17,154 nucleotides of DNA from Myxococcota bacterium (GCA_036149055.1 JAYZQJ010000263.1:1-17154), one strand, 5' to 3'; positions 7,151 through 16,014 are shown, counted from the first letter of the stretch. Notes: generated from the letters alone by a model not told the origin. Made by a program: numbers and translations.

Positions 7151-9268
7151 GTGACACCAATTCGACGACTCGCCCTCCCCACCCTCGCCGCGCTCGCCGC
7201 CGCGGGGCTCCCGGGCTGCTTCGAGAGCCACCAGCTCGGCGGCGGCACCGACCCGGGCGACGGCTCGGTCGTCGTGCTCCCCGACGGCCGGGTGGTGCGG
7301 CCGGACGCGGGGCCGCCCCCGGGGGACGCCGAGGTTCCCTTCGACGCCGACCTGCGACCCGACAGCGGGATCGACTCCGGCCTCGACCTCGACGCGGGGC
7401 CCGACGCCTCCGGGCGCGACGCCGAGCCGCCGCTGCCGCGCGCGCCGGATCCGACGACCTGCCGCATCGAGCCCGACATCTTCCCCTTCACCGACCCGGT
7501 GATGGAGGTCCGCTGGCCGGACGGCCCGATCGAGCACGACTCGTCCGTGCACGTGTGCGCCACCCCGGTGGTGATCGACGTCGACCCCTCCGACGGGCTC
7601 GACGACCCGGTCGTCGGCTTCATCAGCTACGCCACGCTGCGCGGCGAGGAGCGCGGCATCCTGCGCATCTGGAACCCGCGCACCCACACCACGATCAGCC
7701 ACCCGTCGGACCCGATGGAGCTCGGCATCTTCGAGGCTACGGGCAACATCGCGGCGGGCGACATCGACGGCGACGGCTTCGCCGAGTTCGTGGGCATGGG
7801 CGTCTACTCGGGCACCATCGCCATCAACCACGACGGCTCGGTGCTCTGGCACTCGCCCTACCCGACCGTCACCGACCGCGGTGAGCGCTGGGCCCGCACC
7901 ATCGGGACGACGGTCTCGCTCGCCGACCTCGAGGGCGACGGCACCGTCGAGGTGATCAGCGGCCGCAACGTGCTCGAGGGCATCGACGGCACCCGTCGCT
8001 GGACCGGCGACTCCTCGATCACCACCCGCGGCACCAACGAGTTCCTCGGGCCGATCAACTGCGTGGCCGACCTCGACGGGGACGGCACCCAGGAGGTCAT
8101 CGCCGGCCGCACCGCGTTCCGCGCCGACGGCACCGTGATGTGGAACCAGACCGGCATGGGCGACGGCCTCTGCGCGGTGGCCGACCTGCTGACCACGAAC
8201 CCGGGCCCCGAGGTGATGCTCAGCTCGCGCGGCTACCTCTACGTCCTCAGCGGCGCGGACGGCTCCATCCTCTGGTCACGCATCATCGAGGGGCGCAGCT
8301 CCATCTCGGGCGGCATCGGCGGCGCGCCGACGGTGGCCGACTTCGACGGCGACGGGCGGCCCGAGGTCGGGATCGCGCACGGCGGCCGCTACGGCGTGTA
8401 CGACCCGAGCTGCACCGGCACCGGCACCCCCGCCGGCTGCGCGGCCCGCGGGCTGCTCTGGGCGACGCCCACCGGCGACGAGTCGTCGAGCGGCACGGGG
8501 TCCAGCGTCTTCGACTTCAACGGGGACGGCCGGGCCGAGGTCGTCTACAACGACCAGTACTTCTTCCGCGTGTACGACGGCACGACCGGCCGCGCGATCT
8601 TCGAGCACGCCAACAGCTCGCGCACCCGCACCGAGAACCCGGTGGTCGCCGACGTGGACAACGACGGAGACGCCGAGATCGTCTTCAGCGCCAACGCCGA
8701 GGCCGGCTTCATCCGCGACTTCTGGACCGACCCGGGCGTCGAGATCTGGGGCGACGCGCGAGGCCGCTGGGTCGGCGCGCGCCGCATCTGGAACCAGCAC
8801 ACCTACCACATCACCAACGTGGAGGAGACCGGCCGGATCGCCTCGCCCGAGACGCGGAGCTGGACGGTGCTCAACGCCTACCGGCAGAACCTGCGCGAGG
8901 GCGCCGACGTCCTGGTCGTGCCCGATCTCTGGGGCGGCCGGGGCACCTACGAGTGCACCTCGCCGGGCCGCGCGCGGATCTCGATCGAGGTCGCCAACTA
9001 CGGCCTGGAGCGCGTCGGCGCCGGGGTCGTGGTCGGCTTCTACCGCGGTCGTCCGGGCCTGGGCGAGCGCGTCGGAGAGGCGCGCACCACCCGCACCCTC
9101 GAGCCCATGGGCGACAGCGAGGTGATCACCTTCGAGGTCGACCTCGCCGGAGAGGTCGTCGACTACTGGGCCGTGCTCGACGACCCGACCGACGTGATGG
9201 GCGGCTCGGTCGCCGAGTGTCGGGAGTCGAACAACGAGGTGCTCATCTGGCGCCCGAGCTGCCCTTGA
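7151..9268 (+). CDS. FG-GAP/VCBS Ca-binding beta-propeller lipoprotein with C-terminal CARDB/Ig-like domain (705 aa)
   Basis: Lipobox LPG-C and Asp/Gly/Pro linker. Ca-loops DIDGDG, DLEGDG, DLDGDG, DFDGDG, DFNGDG, DVDNDG plus two degenerate ones. Conserved RIWNQHTYHITNV. C-terminal VANYG...V.FY.G...VAECRESNNE is CARDB-like. Confidence 0.9.
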   Translation: MTPIRRLALPTLAALAAAGLPGCFESHQLGGGTDPGDGSVVVLPDGRVVRPDAGPPPGDAEVPFDADLRPDSGIDSGLDLDAGPDASGRDAEPPLPRAPDPTTCRIEPDIFPFTDPVMEVRWPDGPIEHDSSVHVCATPVVIDVDPSDGLDDPVVGFISYATLRGEERGILRIWNPRTHTTISHPSDPMELGIFEATGNIAAGDIDGDGFAEFVGMGVYSGTIAINHDGSVLWHSPYPTVTDRGERWARTIGTTVSLADLEGDGTVEVISGRNVLEGIDGTRRWTGDSSITTRGTNEFLGPINCVADLDGDGTQEVIAGRTAFRADGTVMWNQTGMGDGLCAVADLLTTNPGPEVMLSSRGYLYVLSGADGSILWSRIIEGRSSISGGIGGAPTVADFDGDGRPEVGIAHGGRYGVYDPSCTGTGTPAGCAARGLLWATPTGDESSSGTGSSVFDFNGDGRAEVVYNDQYFFRVYDGTTGRAIFEHANSSRTRTENPVVADVDNDGDAEIVFSANAEAGFIRDFWTDPGVEIWGDARGRWVGARRIWNQHTYHITNVEETGRIASPETRSWTVLNAYRQNLREGADVLVVPDLWGGRGTYECTSPGRARISIEVANYGLERVGAGVVVGFYRGRPGLGERVGEARTTRTLEPMGDSEVITFEVDLAGEVVDYWAVLDDPTDVMGGSVAECRESNNEVLIWRPSCP

Positions 9269-9282
9269 AGGATGCTCGGAGC

Positions 9283-9603
9283 ATGAGCGACGAGGACACG
9301 AGCGACGAAGGCGTGCCGCCCAAGCGCGACGAAGCGCAGCAGGCGAAGGAAGAGCTGTTCGAGGCGATCGATCACTTCAAGAACGCCGCCTCGATCCTCT
9401 TCCAGCGCGCGACGACCGACCCCGCGGTGAAGAACGCCCGCAAGGAGGCGGAGCGGGTGGCGAAGAAGCTGGGCGACGCCGCCGAGCCGCTCGCCAAGCA
9501 GCTCACCGACGAGCTGGGGCGGCTCACCAAGGACGTGATGAAGGCGGTCGACGGCGCCAAGCGCAAGCCGACCCAGCCGCCGCCGAGCGACGAAGAGGAG
9601 TGA
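9283..9603 (+). CDS. Small alpha-helical hypothetical protein (106 aa)
   Basis: ATG at 9283, 14 bp after the previous stop. MSDEDTSDEG...AKEELFEAIDHFKNAASILFQRA...LAKQLTDELGRLTKDVMKAV forms amphipathic helices; typical codon bias. Confidence 0.8.
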   Translation: MSDEDTSDEGVPPKRDEAQQAKEELFEAIDHFKNAASILFQRATTDPAVKNARKEAERVAKKLGDAAEPLAKQLTDELGRLTKDVMKAVDGAKRKPTQPPPSDEEE

Positions 9604-9630
9604 AGGTGCGGCAATTATTGCCGCACCTTC
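9602..9630. repeat. Perfect 14-bp inverted repeat between convergent genes (terminator or protein-binding site)
   Basis: GAAGGTGCGGCAAT-T-ATTGCCGCACCTTC. Confidence 0.8.
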
Positions 9631-9720
9631 CACGCGCGTGAGCGCGTGAGATGGGGTGGGAGCCCGAGCCGGCTTTGCCGGTCGGGCGGGAGGGGGCGCA
9701 TGCCCCCTCCGGAGACTGAG
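9631..9720 (-). repeat. REP-like composite hairpin element downstream of the ALDH gene
   Basis: Plus-strand stems GGAGGGGGC-GCAT-GCCCCCTCC (9689-9710), CCCGA-G-CCGGC-TTT-GCCGG-TCGGG (9663-9686) and CACGCGC-GTGA-GCGCGTG (9631-9648). Confidence 0.7.
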
Positions 9721-9723
9721 CCG

Positions 9724-11286
9724 CTACGAGAGGAGGCGGCCGAGGCGCTCGCCGAGGCTGCCCCGGGCGTAGATGGCGCGGACGGCGCGCCGCATGCCGC
9801 TCACCATGGCCGGGCGGTACGGGAACCAGAAGGGATCCCGGGCCGGCATCGACACCCGCTCGGTCCCGAGGTGCTTGGCCTCGCACATGCCGCGCAGGCT
9901 CTCGGCGCCGTGGATCTTGCCGTAGCCGCTCGCCTTCACCCCGCCGAAGGGCGCCTCGGCGACCGCGTAGCCGATGATCACGTCGTTGACGAGCACCATG
10001 CCGGCGCGGACGCGCTCGCCGATGGCCCGGGCGCGCTCGCGGTCCTGGCTGAAGACGTAGGCGGCGAGCCCGAGGTGGCTGTCGTTGGCGAGCGCGATGG
10101 CCTCCTCGTCGTCGGCCACCCGCATGATGGGGACGATGGGGCCGAAGATCTCCTCGCGCATGACCGCCATGTCGTGCCCGCAGCCGGTGAGCACGGTGGG
10201 CTCGAAGAACTGCCCCTCGCGGTCCGGCCGGCCGCCGCCGCAGCGGAGCTGAGCGCCGCGCGACACCGCGTCCTCGATGAGCCGCGTGGCGTTGTCGATC
10301 TGGGGCGGGAAGATGATGGCCCCGAGGTCGACGTCGCCGAGCGGATCGCCCTGCCGGAGCTCGCGGGTCAGCGCCACGACGCGCTCGACGAAGCGGTCGT
10401 AGATGGCGTCCTGAGCGTAGACGCGCTCGACCCCGATGCAGACCTGGCCCGAGTTGGCGAAGCCGCCGAACACCACGCCCCGGGCGGCGCGCTCGAGGTC
10501 CGCGTCGTCGCAGACGATCACCGGCGCCTTGCCGCCGAGCTCCATCGTCGCCTCGATCAGGCGCTCACCGCAGGCGGCCGCGACCTTGCGTCCGGTCTCG
10601 ACGCCGCCGGTGAAGACGATCTTGTCGACCCCGGCGTCGATCAGCGCGGCGCCCGTCTTGCCGTCCCCGGTCACCACCGAGAAAAGGTCGTCGGGCAGCC
10701 CGGCCGCGTCGTAGAGCTCCTTCGCCTTCAGCGCGATGAGCGGGGTGACCTCGCTCGGCTTGAGCACGACGCCGTTGCCGGCGACGAGCGCAGCGAGCAC
10801 GTCGCCCATCGGGATGACGAACGGGAAGTTCCAGGGCGAGATGATCCCGATGACCCCGCGCGGCTGATACAGGACCTCGGCGCGGCGGTGCTTGAGGAGG
10901 TGCAGGCTCAGCTCGCGTGGCGCGAGGATCCCGGGGGCCTCGCGCGCATACCAGGTGGCGAGGTCCGCGGTGATGAAGACCTCGTGCGCCAGCGCCTCCG
11001 CCCGGGGCTTGCCGCACTCGCGGGCGATGAGCTCCACCACCTCGTCGGCGCGGGCCACGATCTCGTCGCGGAACCTCCGCACCCGCTCGCAGCGCTCCTC
11101 GATGGGCAGGAGCGCCCAGGCCTCCTGGGCTCTCCTCGCCCGGGTGACCGCGTCACGGACGCGCGCGGCGTCCATGACGGGCACCTCCCCCAGCAGCTCG
11201 CCGGTGGCCGGCGCGTAGCTCCTGATGACGTCCCGCGGCGCGTCGTCCTGCGTCCCCTCGCCTCGTGCCTGCCTGATCCAACCCAT
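9724..11286 (-). CDS. NAD(P)-dependent aldehyde dehydrogenase family protein (520 aa)
   Basis: Motifs GIISPWNFP, VVLKPSE, FTGG, MELGGKAP (catalytic Glu), FANSGQVC (catalytic Cys), EEIFGP and APFGGVKASGYG. Substrate not assignable. Confidence 0.97.
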   Translation of the reverse strand: MGWIRQARGEGTQDDAPRDVIRSYAPATGELLGEVPVMDAARVRDAVTRARRAQEAWALLPIEERCERVRRFRDEIVARADEVVELIARECGKPRAEALAHEVFITADLATWYAREAPGILAPRELSLHLLKHRRAEVLYQPRGVIGIISPWNFPFVIPMGDVLAALVAGNGVVLKPSEVTPLIALKAKELYDAAGLPDDLFSVVTGDGKTGAALIDAGVDKIVFTGGVETGRKVAAACGERLIEATMELGGKAPVIVCDDADLERAARGVVFGGFANSGQVCIGVERVYAQDAIYDRFVERVVALTRELRQGDPLGDVDLGAIIFPPQIDNATRLIEDAVSRGAQLRCGGGRPDREGQFFEPTVLTGCGHDMAVMREEIFGPIVPIMRVADDEEAIALANDSHLGLAAYVFSQDRERARAIGERVRAGMVLVNDVIIGYAVAEAPFGGVKASGYGKIHGAESLRGMCEAKHLGTERVSMPARDPFWFPYRPAMVSGMRRAVRAIYARGSLGERLGRLLS

Positions 11287-11332
11287 GGGATCACGCTAGC
11301 AGAGAAAACGACGCGCGCGCGGGGCGCGCAGG

Positions 11333-11905
11333 TCACTCGCCGAGGTAGTCCTTGAGCCGCGCGATGTCCTGGATCGCCGAGAGCTTCGCGAGCCCGGCGG
11401 TCTCGACCTGACGCACACGCTCGCGCGTGAGGTTCATGATCTCGCCGACCTCCTCGAGGGTGATGCCGCCACGGTCCGCCACGTCGAGGGCGCACGTCTC
11501 GGTCATCTCCCAGACCTCGAGGTCGGGGAAGTTCACCTTGATCGACCCACGCACCGGGTGGACGTCGATGTAGAGGTGGTACTTACAGGAGACGTACGGA
11601 CAGGGCCGCTCCATGTCCACGCAATCGGCGCGCGTACGCGGCTTCCAGTAGTCCGTCTCCGGGTAGAGCATCTTGCCCCGGTTCAGCTCGGTCTTGCTGA
11701 GCCGCCGGATCGAGATGGTCCGCGCCCGCGCGCGGCTGCGGCGCTTGCGACGCCCCCGCTTGCGGCGCGGCTGCTCCCCCTCGGTCGGCGTCGGCGCCAC
11801 CTCCGGCTCGCTCAGCGCCAGCGCGAGGGAGCCCTCGGTACGCGGCTCGCCCACCGCCACCGTCTGCTCCGTCGCCGTATCCATCGCCCCTCGTTCCTCC
11901 GCCAT
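11333..11905 (-). CDS. DNA-binding protein with Cys/His cluster and stand-alone sigma70 region 4 HTH (~190 aa)
   Basis: ATG at 11905 preceded by AGGAGG (alternative starts 11884, 11950). [28 protein letters not shown] is a region-4.2 motif. Also contains C-x6-CPYVSCKYH...TC and an Arg/Lys-rich tract; no sigma region 2. Confidence 0.88.
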   Translation of the reverse strand: MAEERGAMDTATEQTVAVGEPRTEGSLALALSEPEVAPTPTEGEQPRRKRGRRKRRSRARARTISIRRLSKTELNRGKMLYPETDYWKPRTRADCVDMERPCPYVSCKYHLYIDVHPVRGSIKVNFPDLEVWEMTETCALDVADRGGITLEEVGEIMNLTRERVRQVETAGLAKLSAIQDIARLKDYLGE

Positions 11906-11995
11906 CGTTCCTCCTACGGGCCAGCCCTCCCTGAGCTCGCCCCTGGACATCAGAAGTCTCGTTGACCGTCGCCCGGACCCACCCCGGGCGGCTCC

Positions 11996-12535
11996 CTACA
12001 CCACCGCTCGGGCCATCCGAGCGCGCAGCGACATCCGCTTCTCGATCCCCTCGAGCCGCCCCATCAGCTCCGCTCCGAGCTGACGCGCCTCCTCGAGGTG
12101 CTTCTTGGCGAACGCGTCCGCCGCGTCGCCCTCTCGCTCGCGCTGGGCGAGCACCCCCTCGACCGCCGTGAAGATCTTGTCCAGCTGTCGAGTGAGCTCT
12201 TCGAGATCTCCGCGCACGAACAGGAACTCGCGCTGGATCTCGTCCATCGTGTAGCCCTGTCCCATCAGCCGGCGGATCTCGTCGATCTGACGGACCACGC
12301 TCGCCGGGTAGAGGCCCTGGGAGCCACGCCGCTTGCCCTTGCGGGCCACGCGGACGCTCCGGGGCAGCAGGCCGAGCTGCACGTACTTCCGGAAGGTCGC
12401 CTCCGTGAGCTTGCCGCCGCGCGAGGTGAAGGCCTCGACGATCTGCTGGACCGTCATCCCCTCCGGATGCGCGCGCTCGATCGCCACGAGCTCTTGCTCG
12501 CTCCAACCGTCTCGTGTGGCTCCGGGGTGACTCAT
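11996..12535 (-). CDS. MerR-like winged-HTH transcriptional regulator (179 aa)
   Basis: MTVQQIV...LTEATFRKYVQLGLLPRSVRV...GLYPASVVRQIDEIRRLMGQGYTMDEIQ matches the MerR HTH pattern, followed by a coiled-coil region. Confidence 0.82.
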   Translation of the reverse strand: MSHPGATRDGWSEQELVAIERAHPEGMTVQQIVEAFTSRGGKLTEATFRKYVQLGLLPRSVRVARKGKRRGSQGLYPASVVRQIDEIRRLMGQGYTMDEIQREFLFVRGDLEELTRQLDKIFTAVEGVLAQREREGDAADAFAKKHLEEARQLGAELMGRLEGIEKRMSLRARMARAVV

Positions 12536-12596
12536 GGCTGCTCGTTCCAGCGTGGGCGGGATCGGCTCGTTGGATCCAACCTTTCGAACGACCGCG

Positions 12597-12626
12597 AATG
12601 TATTCCCTTGAATGGAATCGTGTCAA
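12597..12626 (-). promoter_or_regulatory. sigma70-type promoter (TTGACA-N18-TACATT) with a dyad in the spacer
   Basis: Minus strand TTGACA (12626-12621), 18 bp spacer, TACATT (12602-12597), inside an AT-rich island about 60 bp upstream of the MerR-like ATG. Dyad ATTCCCTT-G-AATGGAAT at 12602-12618. Confidence 0.75.
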
Positions 12627-12840
12627 ACAAAATGTGCAACGCGGGAACACTTAGCTATAAGCCCTGAAATTTGGCGTGTTTTCGGACCCCCTCGGCGGGT
12701 CGATCACTCACCTCGAGCCGGCAGATCGCGATCGCCCCGTGCTCGACGCGATCTCCGTGCTGCCCCGGCTCAGCCCCGATCGTTTGAAACGAACGGCGAT
12801 CGAGTTGCCGGCGAGCGAGTCGAAGGCCACCCTCCGGGCC

Positions 12841-13128
12841 ATGCGATCTCTCCTCTTCGGCGCCGCGCTCGGGCTCGCCCTGGCGGCGTGCAGCGACGGC
12901 AGCCGCGGAGACGGCCGGGTGGGCGAGGCGTGCCAGGAGGCGGACGACTGCCGCCACGGGCTCTGCGTCGGGGGCGTGGCCGGCGACGCCCCGGTCTGCA
13001 CCGTGAGCTGCGCCTCGACCGACGAGTGCCCTCGGGGCTGGGCGTGCTCGGGCCTGACGGGGGACAACGTGCTGGTGTGCACGCAGGGCGCCCCCACCCC
13101 GTTCGGCGTCGGCGCGCGCGAGGAGTGA
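12841..13128 (+). CDS. Small Cys-rich lipoprotein (95 aa)
   Basis: ATG at 12841 and lipobox LALAA-C. Eight further Cys in GEACQEADDCRHGLC...CTVSCASTDECPRGWAC...C, a myxobacterial-type disulfide-rich module. Confidence 0.85.
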   Translation: MRSLLFGAALGLALAACSDGSRGDGRVGEACQEADDCRHGLCVGGVAGDAPVCTVSCASTDECPRGWACSGLTGDNVLVCTQGAPTPFGVGAREE

Positions 13129-13247
13129 CGTCACCCCCGTGACGGGCGCCCGCGAGGCGACGCCTCCGGGGGCTCAGAATCCCGTGGAGCGGGTGGCGGG
13201 GCGCTTGCTACTGTCCCGCGCGTGAGGACTCGCGAGACGGAGGGCCC

Positions 13248-14267
13248 GTGCGAAGGATCGGCCTAGGCGTCGCCCTGCTCGGGCTCGCCGCGATGGTCCT
13301 GCCCGCGTTCGAGGTCGGCCTCGCGGGGTCGCCCAACGCCCTCCCCGCGGCCGGCGCCGCGCTCTTCGTGCTCGGGGCCGCGCTCTTCGGCCTCGGCCTC
13401 GCGCGAGATCCGGCCGGCATCGGGGATCCCCGCGCCTGGCGCCGCTTCCGGAAGAACCGGGGCGCGCTCGCCGGCGCGGTGCTGGTGCTCTTCGTCGGCT
13501 TCACCGCCTTCGTCGGCCCGCTGCTCGCCCCGCTCGACCCGAACGAGATCTTCGACGCCGGCCTGAACGGAGCCGGGGTCCCGGTGGGCCCGTCGGGGCA
13601 GTTCCTGCTCGGGGCCGACAACATCGGGCGCGACCAGCTCAGCCGCCTGCTCTACGGCGGCCGGGTCTCGCTCGCGGTGGCCTTCGGCGCGGTCGCCATC
13701 GCCGGCACCCTCGGGTTCTGCGCCGGCCTCTTCAGCGGCTACTTCCGCGGCGTGCTCGACGGGGCGATCATCCAGCTCATCAACTTCGTGCTCTCGCTGC
13801 CCTTCCTGCTGGTCGCCATCGCGCTCAACCGGGTCATCGAGAACCCCTCGCTCTGGACGCTCTGCGTGCTGCTCGGCGCCCTCGGCTGGACCCGGCTCGC
13901 GCGCGTGACCCGGGCCAAGACGCTGCAGGCCCGCGAGCTCGAGTACGTGCAGGCGGCGCGCGCCCTCGGCATGGGGCACATGCGCATCCTCTTCCGGCAC
14001 GTGGTGCCCAACGTGCTCGGGCCGGCCATCGTGCTCGGCACGACCCTCATCGCGGCGATGATCATCATCGAGAGCGCGATGAGCTTCCTCGGCCTCGGCG
14101 TGAAGCCGCCGACCGCGAGCTGGGGCTCGATGCTGCGGGACGGCCAGGAGTACATGGTCTACGCGCCGCGGCTCCTGCTCTGGCCGGCGCTCCTGATCGT
14201 GGCGACGGTCTTCGGCTTCAACCTGCTCGGAGAGGGGCTGCGCGATGCGCTCGACCCGAAGGAGTGA
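13248..14267 (+). CDS. Peptide/nickel ABC transporter permease, DppC/OppC-like (339 aa)
   Basis: AWRRFRKNRGALAG, LLGADNIGRDQLSRLLYGGRVSL, EAA-like EYVQAARALG, RHVVPN and FNLLGEGLRDALDPK. Confidence 0.95.
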   Translation: MRRIGLGVALLGLAAMVLPAFEVGLAGSPNALPAAGAALFVLGAALFGLGLARDPAGIGDPRAWRRFRKNRGALAGAVLVLFVGFTAFVGPLLAPLDPNEIFDAGLNGAGVPVGPSGQFLLGADNIGRDQLSRLLYGGRVSLAVAFGAVAIAGTLGFCAGLFSGYFRGVLDGAIIQLINFVLSLPFLLVAIALNRVIENPSLWTLCVLLGALGWTRLARVTRAKTLQARELEYVQAARALGMGHMRILFRHVVPNVLGPAIVLGTTLIAAMIIIESAMSFLGLGVKPPTASWGSMLRDGQEYMVYAPRLLLWPALLIVATVFGFNLLGEGLRDALDPKE

Positions 14268-16014
14268 GGCCTGGGCCGGCATGGCCGCGCTCGGCCTCTT
14301 CGCGGCGGTGGCGGCGCTCTTCGCGGTGTTCCTGCCGGACGCGCCCGACGGGCCGCGCTACCAGGGCGCCGGACACGAGACGCCCCAGCGCGGCGGCACG
14401 TTCGTCTTCCACCACGAGAGCGACCTGCGTGGCCTCGACCCACAGGTCGCCTACGACGAGATCAGCAACATGGCGGTCAAGCTCCTCTACGAGGGGCTGA
14501 TCGACTACGACCGCGACACGATGGAGCTGATCCCTCGGCTCGCCGAGGCGGTGCCGGAGCCGAGCGCGGACGGACGCACCTACCGCTTCCGCCTCCGGCG
14601 CGGCGTGCGCTTCCAGGACGATCCCTGCTTCGAGGGCGGCCGCGGCCGCGAGCTCACCGCGCACGACGTCCGCTGGTCGCTCGAGCACATGCTCCACCCC
14701 GACACCGGCTCGCCGGGCGTGACCTTCTTCGAGCTGCTCGAGGGGGTCGAGGCGTTCCGGGCTCGCGAGGCCAGCCACATCTCCGGCATCCGGGTGATCG
14801 ACCGCTACACGGTGGACCTCCGGCTCTCGCGCCCCGACCAGACGTTCCTCTACGCGATGGCGATGACCTTCGCCTACCCGGTCGCGCGCGAGGCCTACGC
14901 CCGCTACGGCGACGAGACCCGCCGCCACCCGGTGAGCACCGGCGCGTTCGTGCTCGAGAGCTGGGAGCCGGGCGTCGAGGCGACCTTCCTGCGCAACCCG
15001 AACTACTTCGAGGAGGGCCGGCCCTACCCGGACCGCATGGTCTACACGCTGAACCTGCGGCGCATCCCGGCGACGATGCGCTTCCGGAACGGCGACCTCG
15101 ACCACATCCACCGGCAGACGCCCGCCGACTACCTGACCCTGCGCGAGATGGAGGCCTGGGCGCCGTACCGGGAGGAGCGGCCCAAGATCAACATCTGGGG
15201 CGTCGAGATGAACACCCAGATGGCGCCCTTCGAGAACCGCCACCTGCGCCGCGCGGTCGCCTTCGCCATCAACCGCGAGCGGTGGCGGCGCGCCCGGGCC
15301 AACCGGCTCGTGCTCCAGGGGCAGCCCATCCCGCGGGCCCTCGAGCGCTTCTACGACCCCGACCTGCCCGGTCAGCACGAATACGACCTCGAGCGGGCGC
15401 GCGAGGAGATGCGCCTCGCCGGTCACCCCGACGGCCTCGACGAGCCGGTCGAGGTGTGGCTGGGCGAGGGCGAGACCGGACGCGCCTACGGCGAGCTGAT
15501 CCAGTCGGACCTCGCCGAGATCGGGATCACGGTCACCCTGCGCCAGGTCGCCTTCCCCATCTACCTCCAGGAGACCGGCAAGCCCGGCCAGGCGCAGATG
15601 CTGCTCGGCGGCTGGTCCATGGACTTCCCGGACCCGGCCAGCTTCCTCGACATCCTCTTCCACAGCCGCTCGATCCACCCCGAGGGCTCCCACAACCGGT
15701 CCTTCTACTCGAACCCCGAGGTCGACCGGATCCTCGACGAGGCGCGCGTGGAGTCGGATCACGAGCGGCGGGTGGCGCTCTACCGCGAGGCCTCTCGCAT
15801 CCTGGTCGACGACGCGCCGTGGGCGTTCATCTGGAGCGACATGGCGATGGAGATGTGGCAGCCCTACGTGCGCAACTACCGACCGCACAAGGTCTGGGAC
15901 AACTTCTACCGCGACGTCTGGCTCGATCTGCCGCGCCGGCGCGCGTCGCTGTCGCCCGCGGGTCGCCTCTCCCGGTTCGCGGCGGTGCTCACGCCCTTCG
16001 GAGGCCGCCGATGA
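14245..16014 (+). CDS. ABC transporter substrate-binding protein, family 5 (DppA/OppA-like; up to 589 aa)
   Basis: RGGTF, LDPQVAYD, LYEGLIDYD, PRLAE, DGRTYRFRLRRGVRFQDD, PVSTGAF, LRRAVAFAINRE and W.MDFPDP. Overlaps the upstream stop; alternative start at 14281. Confidence 0.95.
   Translation: MRSTRRSEAWAGMAALGLFAAVAALFAVFLPDAPDGPRYQGAGHETPQRGGTFVFHHESDLRGLDPQVAYDEISNMAVKLLYEGLIDYDRDTMELIPRLAEAVPEPSADGRTYRFRLRRGVRFQDDPCFEGGRGRELTAHDVRWSLEHMLHPDTGSPGVTFFELLEGVEAFRAREASHISGIRVIDRYTVDLRLSRPDQTFLYAMAMTFAYPVAREAYARYGDETRRHPVSTGAFVLESWEPGVEATFLRNPNYFEEGRPYPDRMVYTLNLRRIPATMRFRNGDLDHIHRQTPADYLTLREMEAWAPYREERPKINIWGVEMNTQMAPFENRHLRRAVAFAINRERWRRARANRLVLQGQPIPRALERFYDPDLPGQHEYDLERAREEMRLAGHPDGLDEPVEVWLGEGETGRAYGELIQSDLAEIGITVTLRQVAFPIYLQETGKPGQAQMLLGGWSMDFPDPASFLDILFHSRSIHPEGSHNRSFYSNPEVDRILDEARVESDHERRVALYREASRILVDDAPWAFIWSDMAMEMWQPYVRNYRPHKVWDNFYRDVWLDLPRRRASLSPAGRLSRFAAVLTPFGGRR

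Noticed and set aside
8140..9282. Long upstream part of ORF 8140..9603
   Set aside because: Shadow frame of the FG-GAP gene; only 9283..9603 looks coding, and no frameshift signal was seen.
9646..11355. Long antisense ORFs (also 109..1431, 1350..2720, 4360..5520, 13263..14282, 14218..15888, 15906..17045)
   Set aside because: Antisense shadows of well-supported genes, typical of high-GC DNA.
12633..12661. Plus-strand promoter TGTGCA-N17-TATAAG for the small lipoprotein
   Set aside because: Weak -35, -10 lacks the conserved final T, and it is 180 bp from the start; cannot be supported.
13125..13144. Palindrome GTGACGTCAC and hairpin CGTCAC-CCCC-GTGACG
   Set aside because: Short, no U-tract, and plausible by chance.
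15282..16010. Extension of ORF 15282..16994
   Set aside because: Out-of-frame overlap with the binding-protein gene; the permease starts at ATG 16011 with its own RBS.
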